Source: Podarcis pityusensis
Taxonomy: Eukaryota
DNA length: 64,000 nt
Assembly (NCBI GenBank): GCA_964106645.2
Contig: OZ067044.1
Direction: 5' to 3' (one strand)
Below the pieces are notes generated by a model. It saw only the letters and a list, made by a program, of their open reading frames with translations, ran no database searches and was not told where the DNA came from. This document shows, piece after piece, positions 39,001-50,500 of this stretch. Position 1 is the first letter of the stretch; the number at the start of each line of letters is the position of its first letter. Position numbers and translations under genes: made by a program.

Positions 39001-39521
39001 ACATCATTCAGGACATTGTGGTACGAAACAGAATGGCTTGGTCTGATGCAGGAAGGCTTTTCTTGTGGTCCCTTTAAGCAACTTAATTCTACTGCAGCAA
39101 TTAAAATATATTTCCTGAAATTGTCATCATGTAAAAACCTGAAGAAACGAAACTGAATTATTTTTGAAAAAAATAGTCTGAAGCCCTTGGTGAAATGTCT
39201 GTTTCCAAAAGTGACCATGGACTGTTGATTTCTTCAAAACACTTTCTAACTCCCAAAGTGAAATATTGTAACTTGCTTGTCAGTTGAGTTGATGCAGTGA
39301 TTTTGGTTCTCGTGGGCTTCTAGCCAGACAAGCCTTAGAACCGGCAATTACTGCTATCCCGGGAAATACAGAAACAGTTCTTCATTTTCTGTTCCTTCAA
39401 GAAGCCCTCTATTTTATTGTCAGAGGTCTGAAGGTCTTCCTCTGTGTCAATAAGATATCAGGAGGAGCATATGTTGTCCTGTTGATGATAGCGTTTTAGA
39501 TAGTATTGTAATGGCAGTGTA

Positions 39522-39761
39522 CAGTGGTACCTTGGTTTAAGAACAGTCTGGTTTAAGAGCAATTTGGTTTACAAACTCCGCAAAACTGGAAATAGTGTAT
39601 TGGTTTGAGAACTTTACCTCGGTCTAAGAACAGAATCCAAATGGTGGAATGGCACCGGCGGCAGGAGGCCTTATTAGGGAAAGCTGCCTCGGTTTAAGAA
39701 CGGTTTTAGTGTAAGAATGGACTTCTGGAACGGATTAAGTTCGTAAACCGAGGTACCACTG
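39522..39761. mobile_element. Tigger/pogo-type MITE
   Basis: TIRs CAGTGGTACCTTGGTTTAAGAAC / GTTCGTAAACCGAGGTACCACTG; TA on both sides. Confidence 0.85.
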
Positions 39762-42069
39762 TATTCTTAAACACACTTAATAGCAACTAATGTTACTTCC
39801 GAGTAAAATGTGCTTAGGAGCACAGCCAAATTTTAAAAACATCCTCACGTGCCCTTCACCCAATGTATTTCACTCTTCTCCCTGTATCTACAACAGAAGA
39901 CTGATTCACCCTGATCCATGAGTGCTCTGTGCCCAGGGAACCTCTCTCATTATTTCCTGAGCAAATTATCAGAACTGCCAATTCAGAAGAGCACACAAAG
40001 TTAACACATGGCAGCATATTACATATATAATTGGGGAGTTACGTATGCGAGGCAACTGGATGCCCAGTCAGCTGAATTGAGTAATTTCCTTGAGTTACTA
40101 CACTTCCTTGGAATGGAGGTCATTGGCATGGGCATCTCCAGGAATTTTCCCTGCAAATTAAAACACCAAAAGTTAGCCCTTGCCACACACCCCTCGTGCC
40201 CCATAGATGCCCATGGTCACAGGTGGTGTTTCTGTGATACAAGCTTTATTTGCATGTATACATAGCCAGAACATGAAAGCAGCTTCACCTCATTAACTTT
40301 CCAACATGTCCTGCTCACCCACTAGGTTTCTAGGGTCATAGCTTTCTCTTTCAGACGTAGTTTCAAGAATGGCAGTCTTTTTTGTTCTCTTTCAGACACA
40401 GAAACATTGATTACATCTCCAGCCACGGCAGGAGGGAAGAAAGACATGCACCCTTCTACATGGAGCCCCAGGTATTTTGTTTCCGTGGCAACACTTCACC
40501 TGTACTTGGTCATCACTTTAGTTGTGCAAAGACAGGTTGTCTTTTAGTGATCCATGATGACTGGGGTGGGGGGATATCAACTAGAGCCTTGATTTCTCTT
40601 CTGTCTTCCCTCCCCACCCCCAGCAAAAAAAAATGGTGGTTGTAGCACATACAGCAGATTACAAAACAGAAGCATTCCCCTTCAAAACAGCGTGAGGATA
40701 GAGGGGGGAGCCATGTATCATTCCTTTATTCAACATCATTCAGTCCCTCTACTCCTTAATTGGTGGAACAAAGACTAAGTAAAATCTTATAAATTCTACT
40801 TGGGGTGGGGGTGGGGATTAAGATCTGTAAATCTTCCAAGTTTTACTGCAGCTCTGTTCATTTAAATGGAGGTTGTGCAACATCAGTATTTGGAGGATTG
40901 TGTCCATAGAAAATAGCAATCTATGTTATGTCTGGATGTTTTTAAAGCTGGTTGGATCTCCATTCTCAATATAATGTATCATGACCCTTGAGTTAATAGA
41001 AACAAGCCCCATTGCTATGAGTACCAGAGCTTTTAGAGCAGAGTACTTGCATTTACCCATGGAGGGGGCTCCTAAGAGAAGAAGTCACACCTCTTCAAAA
41101 GGTAAAATATGAACCACACTCTTGGCTTCTTTGTAAAAATAAAGAATCAAATGGCTTATTGTTGTGTCCCAGTTCACAGCTAGAACATAAATGGCTTTGA
41201 ATTAACCCCTTTTGATTGTGAAAGTGCCCTTATTCAGATTTGCAGCAATGTTGCATGTTCAGGATTAAGGTTTAGTTCAAATTAACTTGTTTATTGCCGA
41301 ATGTCATATGTGGTCTTAGACACAAGTGTCTATAAAGCTCATACAAACTCATTTGCAGATAGCTCATACATCACTCAGTGAAAACCATAGGCATTGTAAA
41401 TTATTAGCTCAGGCCAAAGGTATCTTTATTAGGTCAGTCTAAGGCATGTGTGTAATCTTTGCAGGGCTGTAACTCTAATGCTGCATAAAGCAAATCATAC
41501 AGCAAGATCTTAAAGAGCATTTGAGACATTCTGCTATGTCAGTTGTCAAGTGAGAGGTCATATTTCATTAATTTGCATTTTCCTTTCTCCTTTGAAAATG
41601 GGCAAGGGAATCAATCTGACATTCAAATGTGAAACCTAGAAGTGTGCCCTAAACAAATCTGCCAGGCTTCATTCCAGAATCTCTGGTGACCAGTGGAATC
41701 AAAACATTTACAAGGTGAGAAATAAACCAACTTGCTCACTTTGGTCTGTTAGCTAGAAATGACACCAGTACTATACAGTGGTGCCTCGCAAGACGAAATT
41801 AATTCGTTCCGCGAGTTTTTTCGTCTAGCGAATTTTTCGTCTTGCGAAGCACGAAATCCCATAGGAATGCATTGAAATCCAATTAATGCGTTCCTATGGT
41901 CAAAAAAAGTCAAAACAAAGCCAAATTTGGTACAACAAGAGTTTATTAAGTGCTCTTTAAAGTCACACATACTGTAAAGAGCATTTCAAAAATTGAAGGA
42001 ACAATAAATTAAGTTTCTAAACATGACAGGAAAAACATTTAAAAATCAACAAAGTGTACATTACATTTT

Positions 42070-43770
42070 CTAAGACTCTGGGGGACCACTCGAAGAAGGT
42101 TCCTCTTCCACTCTTTGCTTCTTGCTGAAGAACCTGTCCATGGTCTGCTGCTTCATCCGCCTTTTCAGCACCTCCCTGAAAGGCGACATGACCGTCGTAT
42201 CAAAAGTGTTCGCAAGGTCATGTGCCACGTGCTTGTTAGGGTGGTGCCGCTGTGCAAAAGCCTGCACATCCTTCCACTTCATGCAAATGTCCCTCAGTTC
42301 TTTGGAGGACAGCCGTTCCTCAGTTGCTTCCTCCTCTTCCAGCGAGGCCTGCTCCTGCGCAGCCTCTGCCTGCAGTTCGACCAGCTCCTGGGTGGTCAGC
42401 TCGTGGTCGTGCTCCTCCACCAGCTCACTGATGTCCTCCTCTGTGACCTCCAGGACCATGGTCCTCCCCAAGGCAACAATGTCCTGCACCACTGTTGACT
42501 CTGGTGCATCAGAGTCACTTGGTGCCACTCAGTCCGGCCACAGGCTGCGCCAAGCGCAATTCAGATTTCTCTGGCTGATCCCTTTCCAGGCCGTGGTGAT
42601 CATCTTCAAGCAGGTGACGATGTCGAGGTGGTCCTTCCAGAATTCCCACAGGGTGATGGTGGTGCAATCAGTCACCTCGAAGCATCGCCTGAAAAGCTCC
42701 TTGGTGTAGAGTTTTTTGAAATTGGCGATGACCTGCTGATCCATCGGCTGGAGCAGTGGCGTGGTGTTAGGCGGCAGGAACATGATGTTGATGAAGCTGA
42801 ACTCCTCCAACAAGTCCTCTTCAAGGCCTTTAGGATGAGCAGGAGCATTGTCCATCAGAAGCAAAGCCTTCAGCGGCAGGTCGTTGTCCAGCAGGTACTG
42901 TTTGACAGCAGGGCCAAAAGCAAGATTGACCCAGTCCACAAACAGCACACGTGTGACCCAAGCCTTACTGTTGGATCGCCACATGACACTCAGCTGCTCC
43001 TTGTCGACCTTGTGTTTCTTGAAGGCCCGTGGGTTCTCCGAGTGGTACACCAGCAGGGGCTTGATCTTCAGGTCACCGCTTGTGTTGGCACAGAAGAGCA
43101 GGGTCAGACGGTCCTTCATGGGCTTGTGGCCAGGCAACTTGGCCTCCTCCTGAGTGATGAAAGTCCTTTTGGGCATCCTCTTCCAAAACAGCCCAGTCTC
43201 GTCGCAGTTGAAGACCTGCTGTGGAATGTAGCCCTCCGTCTTCACAGCCTCCAGGAACTCCAATGCAAAGTCTTCAGCCGCAGGAACATCAGAACTGGCA
43301 GCCTCTCCATGCCTGACCACGTTGTGGATTCCAGATCTTGTCTTGAACTGGTCAAACCAGCCTCTGCTTGCCTTGAAGACTTCTGGCTCGCCTGAGGTTC
43401 CTGGCTGTTCCCGGACGAGGTCTGCGTGCAAGGCCTTGGCCTTCTCACAAATCACGGCCTCAGTCACTGTGTCCCCTGCACGCTGCTTCTCTTCTAACCA
43501 GATGAGCAGCAACTTCTCGACCTCCTCCAGAACAGCTGGGCGGTTCTTCACGATCCTGGTGACTTCCTTGGCTGCATCAGTCGCAAGGATCTTCTCCCTC
43601 ATCTTCAGGATGGTGCCGATGGTCGATGGGTTCCTGCCATACTCCCTGGCGAGGTCTGTCACACGCATTCCACCGTCGTGCTTCCGGATGATCTCCTTCT
43701 TCATTTCCAGCGTCACCTTCTCCTTCTTCCTCTCGCCGGCCTCTGCAGCAGCAGTCTTCTTGGGTCCCAT
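42070..43770 (-). pseudogene. Tigger-type DD36D transposase (about 566 codons) interrupted by one in-frame TGA at 42529-42531
   Basis: HTH-psq/CENP-B-type N-terminus (KVTLEMKKEII..; FKASRGWF); catalytic FNCDETGLFW, LLMDNAPAH and LQPMDQQVI; ORFs 42529-43770 and 42070-42528 abut in the same frame. Confidence 0.92.
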
Positions 43771-44110
43771 GGCAGCACAGCTCCTAGCTTCGTAAACTCA
43801 GGGGGGGAAAAAATCAGTGCTTTACACCCAAAAAATTCAAAAGCACCCAGCCACCCACCACACAGGAATTCAAACCCAGAACCAAGTCCTTGAATTCCAA
43901 ACACCCAACCCAAAATCCAAAAACCCCAAAAAAAGTTTTAAAAGTTTAACTTACGAAATGGCTGCAAATCACCAAAGTCTTCAAAATCCTCAAATGGCTG
44001 CAAAAGAAGTTTTGGAAAAGCTTTAAAAATCACCAAAGTCTTCAAAAACCTCAACTGTTCCCCCAGCCACCCACCCATCACACAGAAATTGCAAACCCCT
44101 CCCCAACTGT

Positions 44111-44565
44111 TGCAAACCCCTCCCCAACTGTTCCCCCAGCCACCCACCACACAGAAATTCAAACTCAGAAACTTTTTTTGAAAAAAAAACAACATGGCCC
44201 AATGGTCACAGAAAATCAGAAAAATTCAGAAAAACCCACACAAGCTCCCAGATTCTTGCAAACCCCTCCCCAACTGTTCCCCCAGCCACCCACCACACAG
44301 AAATTCAAACTCAGAAATTTAAAAAAAAACAAAAACAACATGGCCCAATGGTCACAGAAAATCAGAAAAATTCAGAAAAAACCACACAAGCTCCCAGATT
44401 CTTGCAAACCCCTCCCCAACTGTTCCCCCAGCCACCCACCACATAGAAATTCAAACCCAGAATTTTTTTTTAAAAAAACAGCAGAGTGCCCCAATGGTCA
44501 CAAAAAATCATAAAAATGCAGAAAAAACCCACACAAGTTCCCAGATTCTTGCAAACCTCTCCCCA
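44111..44565. repeat. about 146-bp tandem repeat x3 inside the Tigger 5' region
   Basis: TTGCAAACC.CTCCCCAAC recurs at 44111, 44256, 44402 and 44549. Confidence 0.9.
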
Positions 44566-45548
44566 ACACCAAGTCCTTGAATTCCAAACACCCCAACCCA
44601 AAATCCAAAAACCCCAAAAAAAGTTTTAAAAGTTTAACTTACCGAATGGCTGCAAAAGAAGTTTTGGAAAAGCTTCAAAAATCAGCAAAGTCCTCAAAAA
44701 CCTCAAGAAAGGCTACCACACCGCGTGCTATGTGTTGCTCCTCGAAGTCAAGTCGCAACTGCACCTCTTCAAGCAATGCACCCTGGGTATTAACGGTTTT
44801 ACGAAAAGGGAAACAAACTTGCAAGACGTTTTCGTCTTGCGAAGCAAGCCCATAGGGAAATTCATCTTGCGAAGCAGCTCAAAAACGGAAAACCCTTTCG
44901 TCTAGCGAGTTTTCCGTCTTGCGAGGCATTCGTCTTGCGGGGCACCACTGTACAGTGTGTGTTACACTTTAGATTGAGGGAAAATATAGTACGTAGTGAT
45001 TTTTTGTTGTTCACTTTTGCATGAGTGGGTGAAAGACACAAAAAGTTACAAAATAATTTGACCAATTAACATATTACATTAATCTGCCAGTTGCCCTGTG
45101 CCTGCAAGGGGAAAGGGCACTCAGGCCAAAGGAACAAGAGTCCCTGCCTGCTATTCAGACAAGAACAGGTGCAAGGGAAGAGCATCTAGTCCCAAATGCT
45201 CATTTATAGCTCACCACTTTGTTCTTGCACTGAAGAATTGATCTTCCTTCTCTACCTGTTCACCCTGCTTCCTTTCCCTTTAGTATATTTGAAAGCCTGA
45301 TGGCAGTGCCTGCCTCTGCTTTATTGAAGCAAGTTGCTTTGGAAGAAAATAATGGTTTGAAAAATGGGTTAAATAGGGTTGTAGTTGGCCAGCTACAGTT
45401 GTGCCTGGAGGAAGCAGATATTTGAGACCCATTTTAGTCTGGTTTCAGACCTGGTTTTAGTACCCTTGCTCAGCTTGACTGATTATCTTTATCAGGAAAG
45501 ATACAGAGTGTCAGTATCGGTATCAAACTTTATTTTGGTCACAGGTTA

Positions 45549-45789
45549 AAGGTAAAGGTAAAGGGACCCCTGACCATTAGGTCCAGTCGTGGCCAACTCT
45601 GGGGTTGCGGCGCTCATCTCGCTTTATTGGCCAAGGGAGCCGGCGTACAGCTTCCGGGTCATGTGGCCAGCATGAGTAAGCCACTTCTGGCGAACCAGAG
45701 CAGCGCACAGAAATGCCGTTTATCTTCCCGCCGGAGTGGTACCTATTTATCTACTTGCACTTTGACATGCTTTCGAACTGCTAGGTTGG
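45549..45789 (-). mobile_element. Sauria SINE, 5'-truncated
   Basis: Matches the family; flanked by CAGGTTA at 45542-45548 and 45790-45796. Confidence 0.9.
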
Positions 45790-46240
45790 CAGGTTAGCAT
45801 AAGATAAAACATACGACTTAAAACACACAAGACTTAAAACAGGTAAGGAATAAAAACTAGTAATTAAAAGGTGATTATATTATACATACGTAAAAACATA
45901 GAAACAGAGACAAACAGTTAAAAGTGACTATAAGGGAGGGAGTGTGAAGGAGCACAGGTCTTGCATTTTGGGCCTAGTTTGTGGCACAAACCATCCTTTG
46001 GATGAATATCCATCGTGGCAGTGCAGAATCTAGCAACTGAGTATGTAACATGGGTTTTCATCTTGGAAGTAGCAGGGAGGTATAAAGTTGTTCTGTGTGA
46101 CCTGGGAATTTATGTAATACAGGCAAGATGAACCTAGCTCGTATATCTGTATAGTATTGGCAGAGATAAAAGACATGTTCGGTTGTTTCCAGTTGCCCAG
46201 AGCCACACGGGCATTTCCTCTCCCCAAAGGGTGTCTTCCT

Positions 46241-47263
46241 TTTTTTTTTTTTTTAAAAAAGTAATATTTATTAATAATTTCAAAATTACAGAAAAAAAAG
46301 AAAAAAAATTAAAAACAACACCACAATACATAGAAAAAAAAAACAAGAAAAAAAAAAGACATAAAAACCAATGCAACAATACAGCAAAAAGATAAAAAAG
46401 AAGGGGAAAAAAGACACAAATCCCATATTACATATCTTTAACTTCCATTTGCTTGTTTCATTGACCTCCTCACACCTCCCTTTTTGTATTCTAGTTTGAT
46501 TGATTATTTCAGCAAATTCTTTCCATCTTTCTCAATTTTTACTAAATAATTTATCTTGACAATTTAACCTATTAATTAACTCAACAAATCCTTTCCATCC
46601 TTTCCCCATATTCTGTTATTCAAATTACCTTAAGTTGTTTAACCTTATCTTACCAAAAAATACTTTAGAGCTTAACGCTTAATACTTGATTATACATAAC
46701 TCCTGATATCTTTTCTACTAGAGTCATATAGTTTCATTCCAACATTTTCCCTAATGTTCATTAATTTTAGGCTAATTCCCTAGGAAAAAAAATTTTCTTT
46801 ATAAATTTTCTTCCAATCTTCATCCAACGTCTCTTCTTCCTGGTCTCGGGTCGTGTCAGTCCTTACTGTCCATTCCATCTAGTCCATCAACCTGGTAATC
46901 TAATGTCCGAGGCCCTTAAGTCTCTTCCATGTCCCTTCTGCAGATCTTCTTCTTCTTGTTTATACTTGCCCTTTTCCTTGTCTTTTGTTGGTCTCTTTCT
47001 TAGTTTCTTTCCTTTCTCGTTGGGGAGTAGGTCTCTGGGGGATTCCAACCCAAAATTATCTTCGTCTCCCTTCATCCAACCAGCCCATTCCCCAGAGTCC
47101 CACTCCCCACAATCATCAATGTAGTCCAAAAAATATTTAAAAACATATTTCGAGGTCTCTCCAAAGTTAAGAACCTCCTCAGCTCCAGACTCCCCCTGGC
47201 TGACTCCAACTTCAATCTTCAAAGACAGCGGCTTATGCTCCTGTAGGGCCTCGGGTCCCATAT
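46241..47263 (-). mobile_element. L1-like 3' fragment with poly(A) tail
   Basis: Poly-T at about 46240-46254; 11-bp TSD GGTGTCTTCCT (46230-46240, 47264-47274); decayed RLMD*ME..RDQEEETLDEDWKK resembling a squamate L1 ORF2 C-terminus. Confidence 0.78.
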
Positions 47264-47365
47264 GGTGTCTTCCTAAAGCAGCCCTCCTAGATGGCTGAAG
47301 GGAGGGCCTGGCAACAGGCCAGAGTGAAAGCTCTTCGCTGTTTTGGAATTTCAAGGTTGGTTATA

Positions 47366-47577
47366 CAGTGGTACCTCGGGTTACAGAAGCTTCAGGTTAC
47401 AGACTCCACTAACCCAGAAATAGTACCTTGGGTTAAGAACTTTGCTTCAGGAGAACAGAAATCGCGCGGCGGCAGCAGGAGGCCCCATTAGCTAAAGTGG
47501 TACCTCAGGTTAAGAACAGTTTCAGGTTAAGAACAGACCTCCAGAATGAATTAAGTTCTTACCTCGAGGTATCACTG
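47366..47577. mobile_element. Tigger/pogo-type MITE
   Basis: TIRs CAGTGGTACCTCG / CGAGGTATCACTG; TA on both sides; shares GGCAG..GGAGGCC..ATTAG with the 39522 MITE. Confidence 0.85.
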
Positions 47578-50500
47578 TATATGGCATCTGGGAGGTGAGG
47601 TATCTTCTGGTTTCACTGATTAAAATTTTTGGGGACCTGGCTAGATCTGCTTGGCGTTTGGTATCTTCCACGTGCTGTTTGATGCTTTTTTTGGCTTGTT
47701 CATACCCCATGTCGAATAGGATCTGCGGGGTGAAGCCTAGAGTTGTTATTATGTTTATCATTGCACGTTTCCATGTCGTTTGGAAACTGACCTTAAAAGT
47801 TAAGGGAGGAAGGAGCAAGGCTTTGGAGACGTGTTTAGGCACTTGTAGGGCTGATCTTAAGAATTTAGATTGTACCAGTACTAATGGCGCACAATTGGCA
47901 AGGGGACCTAATTGGGCACCATATACAAGCTGCACGATGGATTTGGCCTCAAACAGTTTGAGGGCTGAAGGTATATATTGTCCGCCTTTAGTCCTGAGGT
48001 ACCTGAGCATTGCATTTGCGCTTCTCTGGGCATTCCCTACAACATAAACCTTGTAGGCATTTCTACTTTCCGAGGAGTGAAGGGTTATACCCAAATATTT
48101 GCATCAGGTGAGCTGCTCAGTCTTATGGCCACTGAGCAATCTTATGGCATGAGCAAGGTTTGGGCCTTTTGGCAAAGCACATGATCTTGATTTTCTGATA
48201 ATTTAGTTCTAGTTTGCTCTCCTTGCAGTATGCTGCCAGTGTTTTCAAGCCTATAGGAGTTCTTGAGAGGATTGCTGCGTCATCAAGTTCAGAGGAAGTG
48301 CAGCCTTGTTGGTGTTCCTTGATCTCCCAGTGACTTTAGACACCACTGACCATGGTGTCCCTGTGGAATGACTTGGGGATGGGGAGTTGGAGGCACCATT
48401 TTACTGTGGCTCTGCTCCTATTTGCAGGGTCAGTACCAGAAAGGGCTCCCTTGGGAGGAAGGGTGGAATAGAAACTTCATACATAAAATGCAAAATATAT
48501 TAATATACAATCTGTGTGCCAGAGTTTCCCATATGGCTTGGGTAGTGCTAGTTTCAACCAAGTGTTTGTGGGCAGAACAACAAGCCAGGCACCTGTTCCT
48601 ATGATTGTGGAACCTCTTCCCTTCCTATTGGCAACAATAATGTTAAATGCATTTATCTGAAGTGCCATTTCAAGGTACAGTTTTTTGAAACAGGTTTCAA
48701 GACCTTCCTACTTGATTCAAGTTCCAACTTAACCTTAATTATTCTTTTAAAATAATTGGTATGTTTAATGTCCAACCACAAGACGTTCCCAGATGAATGC
48801 ATCTTGCTTATAACCATGGACAGTCCATGAGATAATTTCAGACTCATTGGTAGAGTTGCACAATTTTGCTTCCTGGATGCAACTAGAGACTGGAGAACAG
48901 GGTGACTCAGTGATTCATAAGTGAAACCAATGCTTAGTGATGTAATCCAGAGGCCATGGCTGCAGCCATCTATGAAGCTATTCATAACAAGAATAAAACT
49001 ACTGATCAAGTGTTTAACAGAGTATCTCTGAATGAGCAACATGCTGTAATTCAGCGATGTCACATTCTGCTTGCATCATTGCTTTCTACAAAGCAGAATG
49101 TGCAACACCCTAAAAAAAAATGCTGTTAAAATTTTGTCATTAGAGTCTGACAATCATTCTTTATTGTCTACCACACAACTGTGGGCTGAGAGCCTATGAG
49201 AGGTTGCAAAATACGTGCATGGAGTAATGAATGTTGGGATTCTTGGTATGATCTCTTACTGTTGAGAGAGGTAACATCTCAGAGATCCCCTTTGAGACCC
49301 TGACTGAGAACTCTGGAAGTGGCAGATGGGAGAAAGAGCTGCTCCATTCCTGTCCTTTGGGTCATTGCCTCTAGAGTATGAAAGGATAACAAATAGGACC
49401 AAATCCCACCAAGAAACTAAACAAAGTAACAAATGCAGGGAGGACAGGGAGGGGAAGAAAATGAATATTAGCCAGTCAACAGGTGCAAGAAAAATCGAAT
49501 TTATTAAGCTTAAACTTCCCCAACATCTCAGCAATCCTGAGTTCCTGAAAGAATGCCTTTCCTCACATTTACCAGCCTGTGTATTGAGAACATATAGTTC
49601 AGTATGATTTGCAGGAGTTTCTCAAAAAAATATTCCAGAAATACAAGATGTCTGCTCTACAGTAACTTGGAGCATGGCTTTCAGTATGTCTTCCCCTGTT
49701 CTGTGGAATGGCATTGTGGCAGAGACATGAAAGGCACCCAGAATCTGTACCTTCCAGAAATAACTGAATACGTTTTTGTTTTGACGAGCATTTCCATCTG
49801 GATAAAAAAGCCTGTCTTAGGTTTAAGAACAATACAAAATTAACCCCTATCTTCAGTTGTTTTTGTGCAGTCTTTAAAATGATTTTAACTGGGGGGGTTT
49901 TATGGTGTGTCAATAAATCACCTTGAAATGTATGTAGGTGATTCATAAATTGTTATTAATAGCAAAAACTCATCAAAAGCCTTCTTCTGGGTGCAACTGC
50001 ATTCCAAAGTAAGGCAGATGGTGACAAGGAACAGGACCCTTTAGGCTGTGGCACTATCTTTCTTCCAGAATTAGATGGCATGCTCCTTAGAGGCAGGAAT
50101 CACTATATGTTTTTGTCTATACAAGGTTATGTATTGGTAAGTTTATTTTCGTTTAATTTGAACTATTTCAGTGTTTCAAATTATTGAGCAATGGTTGAAC
50201 TTCTAGATGGTCCCACTCCTAAAAGACCTGTACTTTGTCAGCTGTATTGGCTGCAAGTCTGTTTCAAGGCCCAATTTAAAGGGCTGGCTTTAAACCTTAA
50301 AAACCTGAATTGCTTGGGTACCTAAAAGGACACTTTTACCTATATGCATTCACTTGAACCTTAAGATCATCTTTAGAGACCCAGCTCTTAGTTCCCCCCA
50401 CTAAATGAAGTGAGGTGGAGAGCCACCTTTTTGGTACTAGCACATTATGGAACAACCTTCCTGTTCCATACACCTCTTTGTGCTAGGTGCAGCTCCCAAA

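Larger units (their letters stand above)
41776..44950 (-). mobile_element. full-length pogo/Tigger-family DNA transposon (3175 bp)
   Basis: TIRs CAGTGGTGCC(T/C)CGCAAGACGAA at both ends; TA TSD at 41774-41775 and 44951-44952; internal transposase. Confidence 0.95.
45509..48289 (-). mobile_element. 5'-truncated RTE-X-like LINE carrying three secondary insertions
   Basis: Minus-strand DDAAILSRTPIGL (about 48283), LFEAKSIVQLVYGAQL..VQSKFLRSALQVP, RRAFTLAC, C-terminal zinc knuckle RKCPCGSGQLETTEHVFYLCQYYTDIR (about 46140-46225); AATAAA at about 45529-45534. Confidence 0.7.
45340..48440 (+). mobile_element. old L2 reverse-transcriptase fragment split by later insertions (pieces about 45340-45508 and 48290-48440)
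   Basis: Left piece resembles DPFQSGFRPG; right piece GSAALLVFLDLPVTLDTTDHG..GVGGTILLWLCSYL; these are adjacent L2 RT motifs. Confidence 0.65.

Noticed and set aside
42529-42531. TGA at a probable Cys position read as selenocysteine or programmed read-through
   Set aside because: Context is GAC-TGA-GTG, not a TGA-CTA(G) read-through motif; no SECIS recognised; a single point mutation is simpler
42070-43770. Domesticated TIGD-type host gene
   Set aside because: Intact TIRs, a TA duplication, a matching MITE and a nonsense codon indicate a transposon copy
42115-43795. Several plus-strand ORFs (up to 255 aa) within the Tigger
   Set aside because: Antisense shadows of the transposase codon pattern
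44111-44565. CRISPR-like repeat-spacer array
   Set aside because: Eukaryotic DNA; whole units repeat in tandem with no unique spacers
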